Source: Phoronis australis (taxonomy: Eukaryota; Animalia; Phoronida). From it: a stretch of DNA of 64,000 nt. The stretch lies in the NCBI GenBank assembly GCA_002633005.1, contig NMRA01000736.1, forward strand, positions 109,844 through 173,843, in the 5' to 3' direction. The notes beneath the pieces were generated by a model that worked only from the letters and a program-made list of their open reading frames with translations, did no database searches and had not been told where the DNA came from. Position 1 is the stretch's first letter, and each line of letters starts with the position of its first letter. Of the stretch, positions 52,471 through 64,000 are shown piece by piece. A program made the position numbers and the translations under genes.

Positions 52471-54974
52471 TTGCCGGGACCTGTCTAAAATAGTCGTTGC
52501 AGTGTCGTGGTTCGCTGTAACCGAGTGAACTTTTTATTGAAAATAAAACCGTCGAATGTCAATAGGTGGCCACGAGAATTAGCATTTTTTATGTCTGACC
52601 ACTGTTGTTTTCATTCGTTGCAGTTTTGTAAGCGTCCTGGATGTATGTTTGCACATTTGATTAACAGTTTTGGGTGTTTGTTTTTGAAAGTTTTTATCAT
52701 TGCAATTTGATTAGCTGTTTAATTTCGCAGATTCCCTTCACGTTTCTTTCTTCCTAGTGTTTGTTGGTGATTCTGTAAAGTGTTAACACAGTAGCTTTGC
52801 TACCGCTTTAAGTTCTATTTTTTGGAAAAGACAATACTGTGATGCGCATAAGGAAACAAATGACCAACATTGACCCAGTATGTGTACCACATCCACTACA
52901 TTCACCATGTTGCAAAATAAACGTCTTTTTGCTGACTGCAAAATGCTGTCTAACTGGATTCAGCTTGCCACGCCTTCACTACTAGTTGTGATTGTTGATA
53001 AGAGTGCATGTATATACAATAAAGGGGACCTACTAATGTGAAGCTGTACACAATTTCCGGCATGTAGAAATGCCCGCCTCACACATTGTGAACAAGAAGA
53101 TATGCACAGCCTGTTTCGAGTGACATTCGTTCCTGCAAAATCTCATTCCAGTTTCCAGGGAGACTACATCGTCGTTTAAACTTTAGCGAGAGTGCTTCCC
53201 CTACTTGGTGTGGCTGTATGATTGACACCGCCTGGAGCAATTGGAGTGCTGAAAAGGCTTAGAAGGCATTTGTTCGCTCGAAAAATGTGAGAATTGTACT
53301 TATGGTTGTTTAATCTTTGTTTTGTTTTAATATAACATGATACCTGTCTCGGTTTGCTGTATTATACTTTTCACATGAACTATCTTGAGCTTTGTGCAAA
53401 AGAGAAATTAAAGAGAGAAAGGAAATATTTTGAGCTACTGTTTTATTGTTGCTTAATTAGTATAGTTCGGTAGCAAACCTCCGTTAACGAAAACTTCGTT
53501 GAAAACACAACTGGGCTTTCTATTTGACAGCTTAATACAGACTCGCTCGTAGTGTCGAAACAATCTCCTTTCTTCGGGTGAGCAGACATGCAGCAAATCT
53601 CGAGAGGCATAACAGACAAACAAAGTACATGTCTATGTAAAATAATAGCTATACTTCGAGAGCGCATGTCTCACCATCAGGCAATGAGTGAAATGAACAT
53701 ATACCAAGCGAAATAAACAGTGAACTATGCGGTGAGGGGCATATAAGCAGACAGTGTGAATGTATCACACGGTAGGAAACCCAGAAGCCTAACGAAACAG
53801 AGCCAGAGCGTGCTATTACATATGCGCACCCAGTGGGGGCTCGAGNGGGAAAAAAGGTCCGCCATCGCGAAACAAAAAGCCCGAGAAAACGAATTAAAAG
53901 TGCACTGAAAAGGCACGAATCTACAATTCATAGCCCGTATTAATTTATTTTATTTCTTTTAGTACCCTGTTTTTGTTAGTAAACGATCCACACGGTAAAA
54001 AATTCGAGAACCTCTATGTTTTAGACACCGTGCGCACATAGCGATACATACTATGAGCTACTCATTCAACACAGGTTTTTAGTGACTGATCAATAGGAAT
54101 GACGATTGTTCTCGTTATCTCAAAAATTTCACGGCCTTATCATACAATATCTAGCTACATTAAACACCAGGCTGGTTGCTGACAGACACATCAGACCCAT
54201 ACTCCAAAACCACAAATGAATGGATGGGACTACTTTTGAGCAGCTTCATCAGTCTAATAAACAATGTGAGTTATATAAACCAAAACGACAGCATAAAACC
54301 AAGCCAAAATTATAATATTGTGGCGCTTCACAAATTTGATGAAAAGGCAGAAGATTCTGGCCTATACATGTATAGACGACTATAAGTCGCATAACTGATG
54401 AACTTATTTTTACGCTTGAATAATCTGATTTATTCACGTTTCATACACAGTGGAGTATTCTTCTTTTTCTTCAACAACAAGATTTTTAAATATCACCAGT
54501 ACATTATTTAAGTTTTTTTTTTGTTCTCATGTTCATGACCAGTTGATAAAGTGCTTAGTAGTAGTATTTTGGAATTTTGACCTTTTCTTCTCTTTTGTTT
54601 GCATTAATTTTATTAGTGGATTGATTTTTTTCCATAACCAAATTGTTTTCATTTATAGAAAGCTGTTTAGAAACTTCAGAGTTCAACTTTTTTCAGGCAA
54701 ATGTTGTAGTTTCCTGATTTTAGGCGTGCTCCCTGCAACAGAATCTAAAATGTAAGAGTAAGAAACAACCAGATGACCACCTGGGATGTCCACTTTTAAG
54801 TGCCGCAGGAGATACTTGGATTTGCAATTATGAGAACCAAACACAAGAACGATTTTATAGCTGATCTGGAGTTAATGAGAGATGATATATTCCGTCGGAC
54901 TTCGCCACCACTTCCTGTCGTTACAGCGTGGATCTCATTTTGCGTTACTTTTTTGCCATCACATGATCCTCTTC

Positions 54975-54992
54975 TGTGTGTGTGTGCGTGGG

Positions 54993-55028
<36 letters not shown>

Positions 55029-55031
55029 TGT
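54975..55031. repeat. (GT)n/(GCGT)n microsatellite
   Basis: Directly visible. Confidence 0.95.
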
Positions 55032-56019
55032 GATAAAATCTCCGTCAGAAAGAATTAAGTTTCATGTAGGAAAACTGTTGATTACAGCTTGGTATATATA
55101 CTTTTTGTTGTCTCATGTTGAGTCCATTAACTACAAAAAGTATATCTAATAGAGCACACACTGAGAAACAAAACACAAAATGAATTGCCAAATAGTGATT
55201 CCACTGTACATTTTAAGTAAACTTAATTGGAGAGCGTTTATTTATAGTTACATAAGTTTTTGGCCATAGTACGAGCAAAAAGCGGACAATCACCAAGCCA
55301 ATTCAATCAGTATTATCTGTTCTTGGTCATTCAGGACCAGCATGCTGCTGGTTTCCTGAGTAACATGCATGGCCATTGGCTCGGAACCCGATCAGGCCCG
55401 TCGCGGCCGCCGGGACTGGCACGAACATAAACCAGCTTGAGTTGGAAACTAAACCTCCAGTCACGAAAAGATTATAGTGAGCCAAAGAAATAATGTGCAC
55501 GTAATTGTTTATGTGTATTAGCCACGAAACTGAAAATCTACTTACATGTACTTGTCGAGGGCCGCGAAGTCGGGTTCCCCTTACACAGACCATCAGGGCA
55601 AAGGTTGTAGCCTACAGTAGGCCTAACTTGAATAATGTATTTGTATTTCAAAATAAAGATTCCCCTAACATGCGACCATAGCATATAAAATCGAGTAATT
55701 GTTTCACAGCAGCTTTCTGTCGCAAACACTGAATTAGCATGCGGTCACACGGCCTCGGTTCTCGGTCAATTAGCCGGTATCAAAAGCTTGTAACGCAGTG
55801 GCCATTGCTTGCTTCTCAACATTTGCACTCACGAATACTGAAAAGGCATTACAAATTGCATCTAATGAGACAGACTTTGTTTCAGTTTTACATAAGCATT
55901 GGTTAGGGTGAGAATAATTCATTTTGAAACAGAATGTAGAATAATAAACGTCTACTTGGCAACTCGCCCGGCGCCAATCCCGACTTATGGTCAAGAGCTC
56001 ATCCGTCGAAGACTTCACG

Positions 56020-56348
56020 TGTCGGATTGTTAGGTTTCACAGAACCGGAATTCACTGATCAAGAAATAGACGTACTAGAGAGGCGCCGTGAACTTGTACA
56101 GGCAACGGAACATATGGATAGTTCTTTGGTAAACCGGAATTCGTCAGAGAAATGATTGTCGACGAAAAGCCGGCCAAAGACACGGAGAAGTTTCACGACC
56201 TCATACTTGCTATTAACAGCGTACCTTTCATTCTTCACTACGGCGAGCCACTTCCTAAGCATTTCGGGCTCTCGAGTCGAAAAAACGATTTAACCTCTTT
56301 ATTCACAGGTTCATAGTTCGTACAAGCGGGAATGATGCACCGCAACAT
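56020..56348 (-). pseudogene. Decayed THAP zinc-finger domain, probably transposon-derived
   Basis: MLRCIIPACTN..KSFF, then after a frameshift REPEMLRKWLAVVK...LRVFGRLF. This fits the C-x4-C, KW and eroded RVCxxHF pattern. Confidence 0.6.
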
Positions 56349-56759
56349 AGCGGCATTCACCTGCAAACGAATCACTGACGTCGCTGCGTCGTTTCTCACC
56401 TTCCTCACAGGTTAACGCGACACCTCTCGGCAAGGTGAAGTCGACCGTATAAGAGGCTATGTGGATATAGACCGATTAAGACGGTAAAAAAGACTAATCA
56501 CATAGGGTGGCATTCTCCTTAAACGCAATACAGTGGTTATACCTGTAACTCGGGTAGAACGCAACAATATTAGGGAATATTTTACCACTGATTATACATG
56601 CAGGTCCCTAAGGATTAGCAATGTGCCATATTTAGCGGAAATCGTCCGACCCTTACCTTGCTGCTGGATGGCTGGTGCTCTCGTGGACTAGAACTTTTAT
56701 GGATTTAAAAGGGTTTGAACAAAAATCAATTTGATTCTGATACACTACGTAAACAGATG

Positions 56760-57530
56760 TTATAACCCGAGGTATTTTCTGTAACTTGCCAGAGGCAACA
56801 GTTTATTAAGATAATCATTTTTGTCTAAGGTATCAAGGGTCCTGATTCCAGCGAAAAAGTATGCATCTGACAACTCAAGAGGCTGTCTGCAGCATATATT
56901 TTCTTTACCTAATTTTCTACTTGCACATTTATAAATTAACACCCAGCAATTTTTTGCAATAGAATCCTGCATCGTACGCTGGGATACCGTAAAGATAATC
57001 TTTCGATCGACTGCCGTTTTCCTAACGCTTTCCGAAGAAATTGGTGCAATTTTCGGCATTTTATCGTTTATAAAATCCAAAATACATGCATATCACCTCA
57101 AAAGACTGCTTGGTGTAAATATGCTTCGACTTCTCACTGTGACATAACGTGTATACTAATTCGGAGCCTTGATCTTTGGCGGAGGAAAATTTGGGGTCAG
57201 TTTCGCAATGTTTTTGAAGTATTCTGCCCAGTATGTTCATCACATTTTCAGGCTTGTGCACCAGGAGGTGTCGCACTGTGTTGACAAGGCAGCGGGGATG
57301 GCTAATACTGTATGTCAAGTGTGACAAGTCAAAACGCGTCTCGTTGTCATAGACATTTACCGGCGCGTGTTGAATCGCTGCCGTGTTGCGATTTCCGTGA
57401 CCCTAAGCGATAAGATGCCTAGGCGGTGCTATTGACCTGACCACGAATTTTACAATTCTCTCACACCCTGATCCCGACGAAAATTTCAATCACTTCTAAG
57501 TATAGGCCTAATTTAGACGACATCACAATT
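56760..57530 (-). pseudogene. Decayed ankyrin-repeat and SOCS-box (ASB-like) sequence
   Basis: Ankyrin-like pieces (HL..GH.EIA..IQHAPVNVYD; LTYSI...VNTVRHLLVH), a frameshift near 57085 and a C-terminal PLELS...IRTL...LNKLLPLASYRKYLGL* resembling a SOCS box. Confidence 0.5.
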
Positions 57531-58135
57531 TTCATCAACCCCTGTCGTTGGAACTTTCTACGAGCCCCTGTGATTGCAAATGGGGGCCCTAATTTCTCTG
57601 GTCCTCTAGCGTAATGGGCGGCCAGGTCACTGTGGTAGACAACTGAATTTACATGGGGGTGGGAATTTAAAATTTCTACTCCATCGCATGTTCTGTCCGC
57701 GCAACTCCAGCAATCTCCCTCCTCACCATCATAACATGACCAGGTCCACCTAGAGGGGTTCAGGATATGAGACCACTGTCAGTAGATGTTTTGGTGAGCA
57801 ATGCACGTATAGCCAATATACTTTAAATTGAGCCAGCGGATCATACATGTAGTCTAGCTGCTACCGGTGTTCCCCGGTAAACACCCGCGCTAGCCACCAA
57901 GACTAGGAGTGCCTCAGTCACTGTATTATGCTTGGAGGAGCTTAGTTCTAGACGCGACAGGTGTTTTTTTTTTGACGTCTGATCACACAAAATGTATTCA
58001 AGAACAAGTAGGGGTGTTTATCGGCGTTCTAAAATGTGCAAATTAGATGCATTGCTTAGTGCATGTGCCAAATCAACCATGGGCCAGAAAACAGTTCGAA
58101 GATTTTAGATATCAATGTAACTAGTAAAATCTGTA

Positions 58136-58570
58136 ACAGTAGTAGCAATACTAGTACATGTAGTTGTAGCAGAGCTAAAAGCAGTTGTGGTAGAAGTCGT
58201 AGAAGTAGTAGTAACAGTAGCAGTAGTAGTTGTTGTAGTAGAAGCAGCAGCAGCATTAGTAGAATTAATACCAGTAGCGATAGCAATAGCATTATTAGTA
58301 GTTAGAGTAGTAGTAGCAGTGGTAGTACCAGTAGTAGAAATAGTAGCAATGAAGTAGTGGAAACAGTAGCAGTATCTTTAGTAGAAGCATTAGCAGCAGC
58401 TGTAGCAGCAACGGAAGTAGACGTAGTAGCTACAGCAGTAGTAAAACTAGAGGTAGTAGCAGTAGCAGTAGCAGTAACAGCATTAGTAGTAGTTGTAGTA
58501 GTAATAGTGAATAAAGTAGTAGCAGTAGCAGTAGCAGTAGCAGTAGCAGTAGCAGTAGCAGTAGCAGTAG
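58136..58570. repeat. Degenerate (AGT/AGC)n trinucleotide tract ending in (GTAGCA)n
   Basis: Directly visible. It accounts for the poly-S, poly-L and TA/VA ORFs and ends at an N base. Confidence 0.95.
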
Positions 58571-61500
58571 NCAAGCTTCTTTGCCTATACGTCTGTTAAG
58601 GACATTAGCAAAAAAGCTATGAATTCAGCCACATACCACATAAAAAAGAGTTTACCTAGATATGTATTTTATGAAATCAGCAATTACTTCGTTTTGAACT
58701 TTATTGGTATATGCCGTTGATTGGGTCGTCCGAAGTCAATGGTCGCGATGAACCTCAAAAACGCTGTAACAGTTTTCCAAGTTATCATTTCATTATCATT
58801 TTAATATAATTTTCTTTTTTATAAAAATCACAAAAGTTCATTTTGGTAGCTCCTCAACACCAAAGTTGATCAAATTAAAAATAATGGGGGACTTTTAGAA
58901 AGCATTGTGGGCTGATCACGTAGGATCAATGACTCTTATCGCCAACTGTAGGGGGCACTTCTTTGCAGTTGGTGGGATAGAGCAACATTGTTACTTCGTA
59001 AAAAGCCGTGTTTACGGTGTATGGGATTAGACGTGATGCTTTTAAACAACAGTAACTTTGTGTTCTGGTCCTGTAGACGATCTTGAGGCCACTATTATCC
59101 GTTCCCACGTGGTCAGTCTTAAAAGTTTCCCGGCATTTTTGGCAGCGTTTGGAGAACAATGCATAAAGCATAATATCTGGAAGATTTTCAGCCACTACCA
59201 GGATATGACGTTCCGACGTTAGCCAAAAGTGTACACTTGTCTAGGGTTCTACATGTACGTGTACATATACAGTAGGTTATACAACGTACGTGTTTGTACC
59301 AGTGGTTATAATATCGAGATTCGTGATATGCAAAAGTATTTGAACGAGGGCGAACCTTACTACACATTTTATCACGCTAAGCTTCGACCGGGAAAATATC
59401 GTCTGCTAAAGTTCGTTACCACTAGTAACTGAGATAATGCTCAAGTCAAAGGATCCCGACGACACGATACCCGCATTCAAATTGGAGATCGGTGATTTAC
59501 AAGTGAGATAACACGAGATAAAATTTCACTGAATTAAAATATCGTTTGATGGAAATTATGCGTCTTATATTTCATAGCGTATGAATGTCGGTACAACGCC
59601 CTTTGCTGAGCATGCGATTGTTGCGCGTGTTCATTTAGTATTCTATTTTCACGTTCGATGACGTCAGCCACTGAGTGGTGTAGTGGTAAAGTCGGCTACT
59701 CGAACCCGGCCTCGGTTTCCCGCAAAGATGTTATCTCACTAGTGAGATAACTGAATGGGTTATTACACGGTTGCGTTTGCCATTTGACGCTAATACTGTG
59801 GTATAAATAATTTTAATTCTATGCCTGCTGGTTTAATACACACGTCCATGAGATCACGTTGTGTCTGGGCCGCAAAACAACATGGGGGCTTTAATTTAAT
59901 CCTTGTCTATTAATTATCCAATATTATTGCTGAAGACATTTTTCTTGTGGTGTTTGTAAATTTCATTTGATAACGATATAGTAATAACACATACATGTAA
60001 GGAAATCGGCTTGTAACAGAGCGTTAATTTTTAAATTTTAGCATCCGGCGCACATACAAGTTGTGGCTGCGATATCAGCTCAAACGTTGTCGATTCGTTT
60101 TGAATTAGTTATAAGCTTCGAAACAAACTAAAAAGTACTGAAATGGTTTACCTTGTGTTTAAGCTCCTAGTTTCCAAGATATTGTAAAAATGAACAAAAC
60201 TTAAATTTAAATTTATACTTCAGTGGAAATTTCCTGATAATTCTGTGCATGTGTTATGGAATTTTATGCCCCCAAGAAGTAATGTCTGAAACCTTCAAAC
60301 AAAAAGATATAAGATTGTAAGTGAAATGAGTGTAAAGTAGCAAGGACACCTGAAGGTTGGCCAACTTGTCCAAAATCAAATGCAGGTTATCAACCAATGC
60401 CCAATCACGGCAAAGGAAACTCTGGGGTCGGACTGTGAGCGTTATTTCGTGATTTTTGTTATTTGTTGTAGTGACATTGATTCACGAAATGAACCTGGAT
60501 GATTAATTAAACACAAGACTATAAGAAACACTAAACATCTCCACCTACATGTGCTTATACGTCACCTTATTAACATTTCTGTATTTTTTTCAGATCGTAA
60601 ATGATAATGAGGGGCATCTTTAACATTTCTATTTAAAATTGTGTTTCTAGAAATCTCATTCACCCTAAAAAACAACACAGGATTTCGTTTCTGCCATTAT
60701 AAAAATAATCAATTCATGATAACAAATCCGTTTCAATTGAAAATCTTAGAAATTAAAATAATTATAAGATATATATTATTAATCTGCAACCAGTACGTAA
60801 CTCATATCGAGGTAGAAAACGACTTACCTGAAGCTTGTCAAATTTCACAGTAATGTTATTAATAGTAGTCAAACTACAATATATAAATTACAAAAAACGG
60901 CTACCCTCACCAGTAACCTCGTTTGCACTGTGATGTAAATACACGTATATCGCGTCATGTTTTTTACAATACTGAAATATTACCAGATAAGGTATTACAT
61001 AAAGCTTCGTATACATGTAGTTGCTGTGATCACATTTACTAATAATAATAATGATAATAATAATGTTTATTGTACATCGTAGGCTTTGCCTACTCATACA
61101 TAAATACATAAATTCAAACGTATATTCAGAATATTTACACGGAGAGCAGTTTTTCTCCTGAAGCCATAGCCTTCTGAATATACAATGCGAGGCGCTGGAT
61201 GCTCAGGGGCGGATCCAGGATTTTGATTTTTGGGAGGCCAGGGCACGGGAATTACCATATTTTACAGTTAATTAAAAACTAATGTGATGGCAAAATCCAG
61301 ATCACATAAAAAGGCTTAGGAGACTGTCGACTTTGGTGACGTGCTCAGTGCTGGCGCAGTGTTAACTAATGCGTGCCTAGGGAACAACATGCATGCACCC
61401 AGACTAAAATATAGGGGAGCTCGAATTCTTCGATACGGGGACCTTTTACTGAAGGAATTCAGCGAGGACAAAAAAACGGGCCGCTAAGTTCGTGCCTGCC

Positions 61501-64000
61501 AACCGTGCATCCGCGCCGAATTCCTGTGGACATTGTGGACTTTTGTCTCGTTTACTCGGACCTTTTGCTTCACTGAGGCGGACCTTTTTGCCCAATTTGC
61601 CAAATTGGGGGGCTCGTTCGAGACCCCCCACCCCTGGGTGCGCCCATGAACAAGAAGATCCCAGCGCCGATCTAGATGAAATCTCCATTGTTACGTCAAA
61701 ATAATAAATGAAATTAAAACGGCGTTACTGTGGCAGCGTCCAATCTTAGGAATTATGGAAATATTCACCGCTTGTATAATCTATCCAAATCCATCCCTCC
61801 CTTCCTCGCACCCTCCCTCCCTCCCTTCCACCCCCTCACTCCCTCTCGCAAACGCCTATGGTCTTGACAGTGCTTTTCCAAGCAAACCAGCCTGACAAAC
61901 TGGTTTTGACGAAAGTGAAAACTGCATAATGGCGGTCCGTCGGTATCTAATATACCTAATCAAGCGTTAAGGTTGTGTAGCCCCCCTAAAATTGTAAAAA
62001 TGTAAATTTGGCTAATTTTGAAACATCATATTTCAGAAACCGATGATTAGATTAATGTGAAATTTTCAAACACTACATGTACACAACGTATGCGTTATGC
62101 AATGTTTTCAAAGGAAACGATTTTTGAGTGAGGGGTATTAAACAATATCACGTGTTCTATTTTTCAAAGATCAAACGTTGCACGAAATGAACTAAAATGT
62201 AGCATGGTTTTAAGAGATTTCACTGTGAATATATGTCAAACAAAATTTGGTCATTTGTTGATACCATTGATTTGCTGTGAATAAAACTTTATTTGCCTTT
62301 GTAAATAATCAATTGAATACAGATTTCTCGGCGAGGCTCTGCATGATGTTTTAAGATAATTTTGCACCTGCGAAAAAAATTGTCGAAACCACGCAAGTTT
62401 CAGTTAGATATCCCCATGACATATTGCGTGGTCGCACATCTTTTAACTCTTACGAGTGATTACGCATCCCAGGTATCTCGGAATGTGACCTTCAATATTG
62501 CCTCGCAGGTGCTCAGCCCAACAAGAGTCTGGGGTGTGTTCTGTGGGCTAACGACACTTGAAAGTGAAGCTGAGTATAGTCCCACAGAGGTATCCCGGCG
62601 AGAAAAATCTAACCAAAATCGCTTGCTCTCATTAAAAATGCACTACGATAACTCGAGGAATCTCACGAGATCTTGCTTTTTAACAAGGTGAACCGATCTC
62701 GATCCTGATGTGATCACGTGTTTTGCTTGAAGTCCAGGAAGGAACTTGAAGTACAGAGTACGGAACGTATCCCATGCTGAGTAATGTAAAGAGGCCCCGT
62801 ACAGTGTTCATCGGGTGTTGGTTGGCCGTGCACACGTCATTAGATTTTGCCACCAGTTCATCTACTCTGTCAACAACTCTATGAACATAATGAAACGTTC
62901 GTTGAGCCATTTCATATCGACAGCGGTGCGAACAACCCCAGTTCTGTCTCATAGTTTAGCCTTTTCACTTCCTCCGAAAATAGGAAGCAAGACCCCCAAA
63001 GAGGTTGCCAAAACGAAAATGTAGTTTTCAGTCCCAAACCACCACTTCCCTACCTTTGTTCGACACGAGATTACAATAGATTTTTTAAATCAAACTTACT
63101 ACAGATTCCACAAATGTGGTTCAATTGTGCTGACATCCAATCGTAATTTTGGCAATTATTTGGTTGTTTGAGGGTTACATGTACAGTGTACATGAAATCG
63201 CACCAAGTTCTTTGTTCGCTGAGCTGCAATGCAACAATGCTACGGGGGGATGGCATTTTGAAGAATATTATATCTACAACCGAACTAGTGTATCAATCTA
63301 CCGACAGAATTCTATTTTCGTTTGGCATGGATAATGAAAATCGCGGCAACTTTTCTGCGTTTCATGTTGACGGACAAGCAGGCTTTTTTTGATTGTGAGA
63401 GTTCAGTTCAAATCCATTTAAGGGATAATCGTTCTGACCTGAGCCAATATTATTTGACATTTTACTGCATTAAGTATTTTAGATTGCATGCAAGTTTAAG
63501 AGGCAAAATATGAAAGATTGTTTCTGTGTTAACTTCTTTCCCTACATGCATTGCAAGTTAATATAGCAAATATCTCGGTAAGCAAGAAGCAAGGTTTACG
63601 GTGTAGTATTAATTCCGCCTTTTTGAGATTTCTCCCGGTGTGATACACAAATTTTACCTTAGGTTGCGAAATAGGCGTTTGGGTAATGACACCCCATGGA
63701 TCTTTACATGATGTTTCAGAGAATTGAGACGAAATGCAGAAGACTTACAGTACTCCTGAAAGCTTGTCACGGTAATAATGTTTCCGATCCATAAAACATT
63801 GCCATGTCGGCCGCCATTACACAATCCATTCAAAATATCCTCTTAGTATTAACCTCATCTACATAAACCAACAAGTACACGCAAATAGAAATTTACAACG
63901 TCGTTCTTCTAATTTTCAAAACCTTATACATGTACCTAACCGGCGCCTGACGGTCACACTCTGCACGCTCTTGGGGTGGACTGTGCATGGCGTCCATTTA

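Noticed and set aside
54370-54750. K/N/E-rich minus-strand reading that looks exon-like
   Set aside because: Interrupted by stops and frameshifts and explainable by T-rich composition.
58056-58599. ORFs encoding poly-Leu, poly-Ser and Thr-Ala/Val-Ala runs
   Set aside because: They are translations of an (AGT/AGC)n microsatellite with no splice or domain support.
58926-63024. Short ORFs at 58926-59195 and 62680-62952
   Set aside because: No recognisable domain or consistent splice signals, and lengths are within chance expectation, as for most ORFs under 120 aa in the track.

Overview
AT-rich, repeat-dense eukaryotic DNA, most consistent with a marine invertebrate animal (inferred from GT-AG introns, transposon types and an excess of TACATGTA). 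There are no prokaryotic operons, CRISPR arrays or rRNA genes. One intact gene is well supported: a minus-strand GT10 alpha-1,3-fucosyltransferase (FucTA-like, about 467 aa) with coding exons 38967-40030 and 36570-36909. The rest is mostly mobile-element debris: a 4-kb TIR element holding two convergent decayed zinc-finger genes, three Penelope-like fragments (two with hammerhead-like termini), an ISL2EU/Harbinger-type DDE transposase remnant, a THAP remnant, an L2/CR1 LINE 3' end, a TTAA-flanked Kolobok-like element, a Helentron-like element with an array of 11 CTCF-like motifs, several MITEs, microsatellites and a decayed ankyrin/SOCS-box gene. The most notable signals are recurrent CATGTA insertions at TA sites, the periodic CTCF-like array and the unclassified 4-kb TIR element. 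All calls were made by eye and repeat boundaries are approximate.
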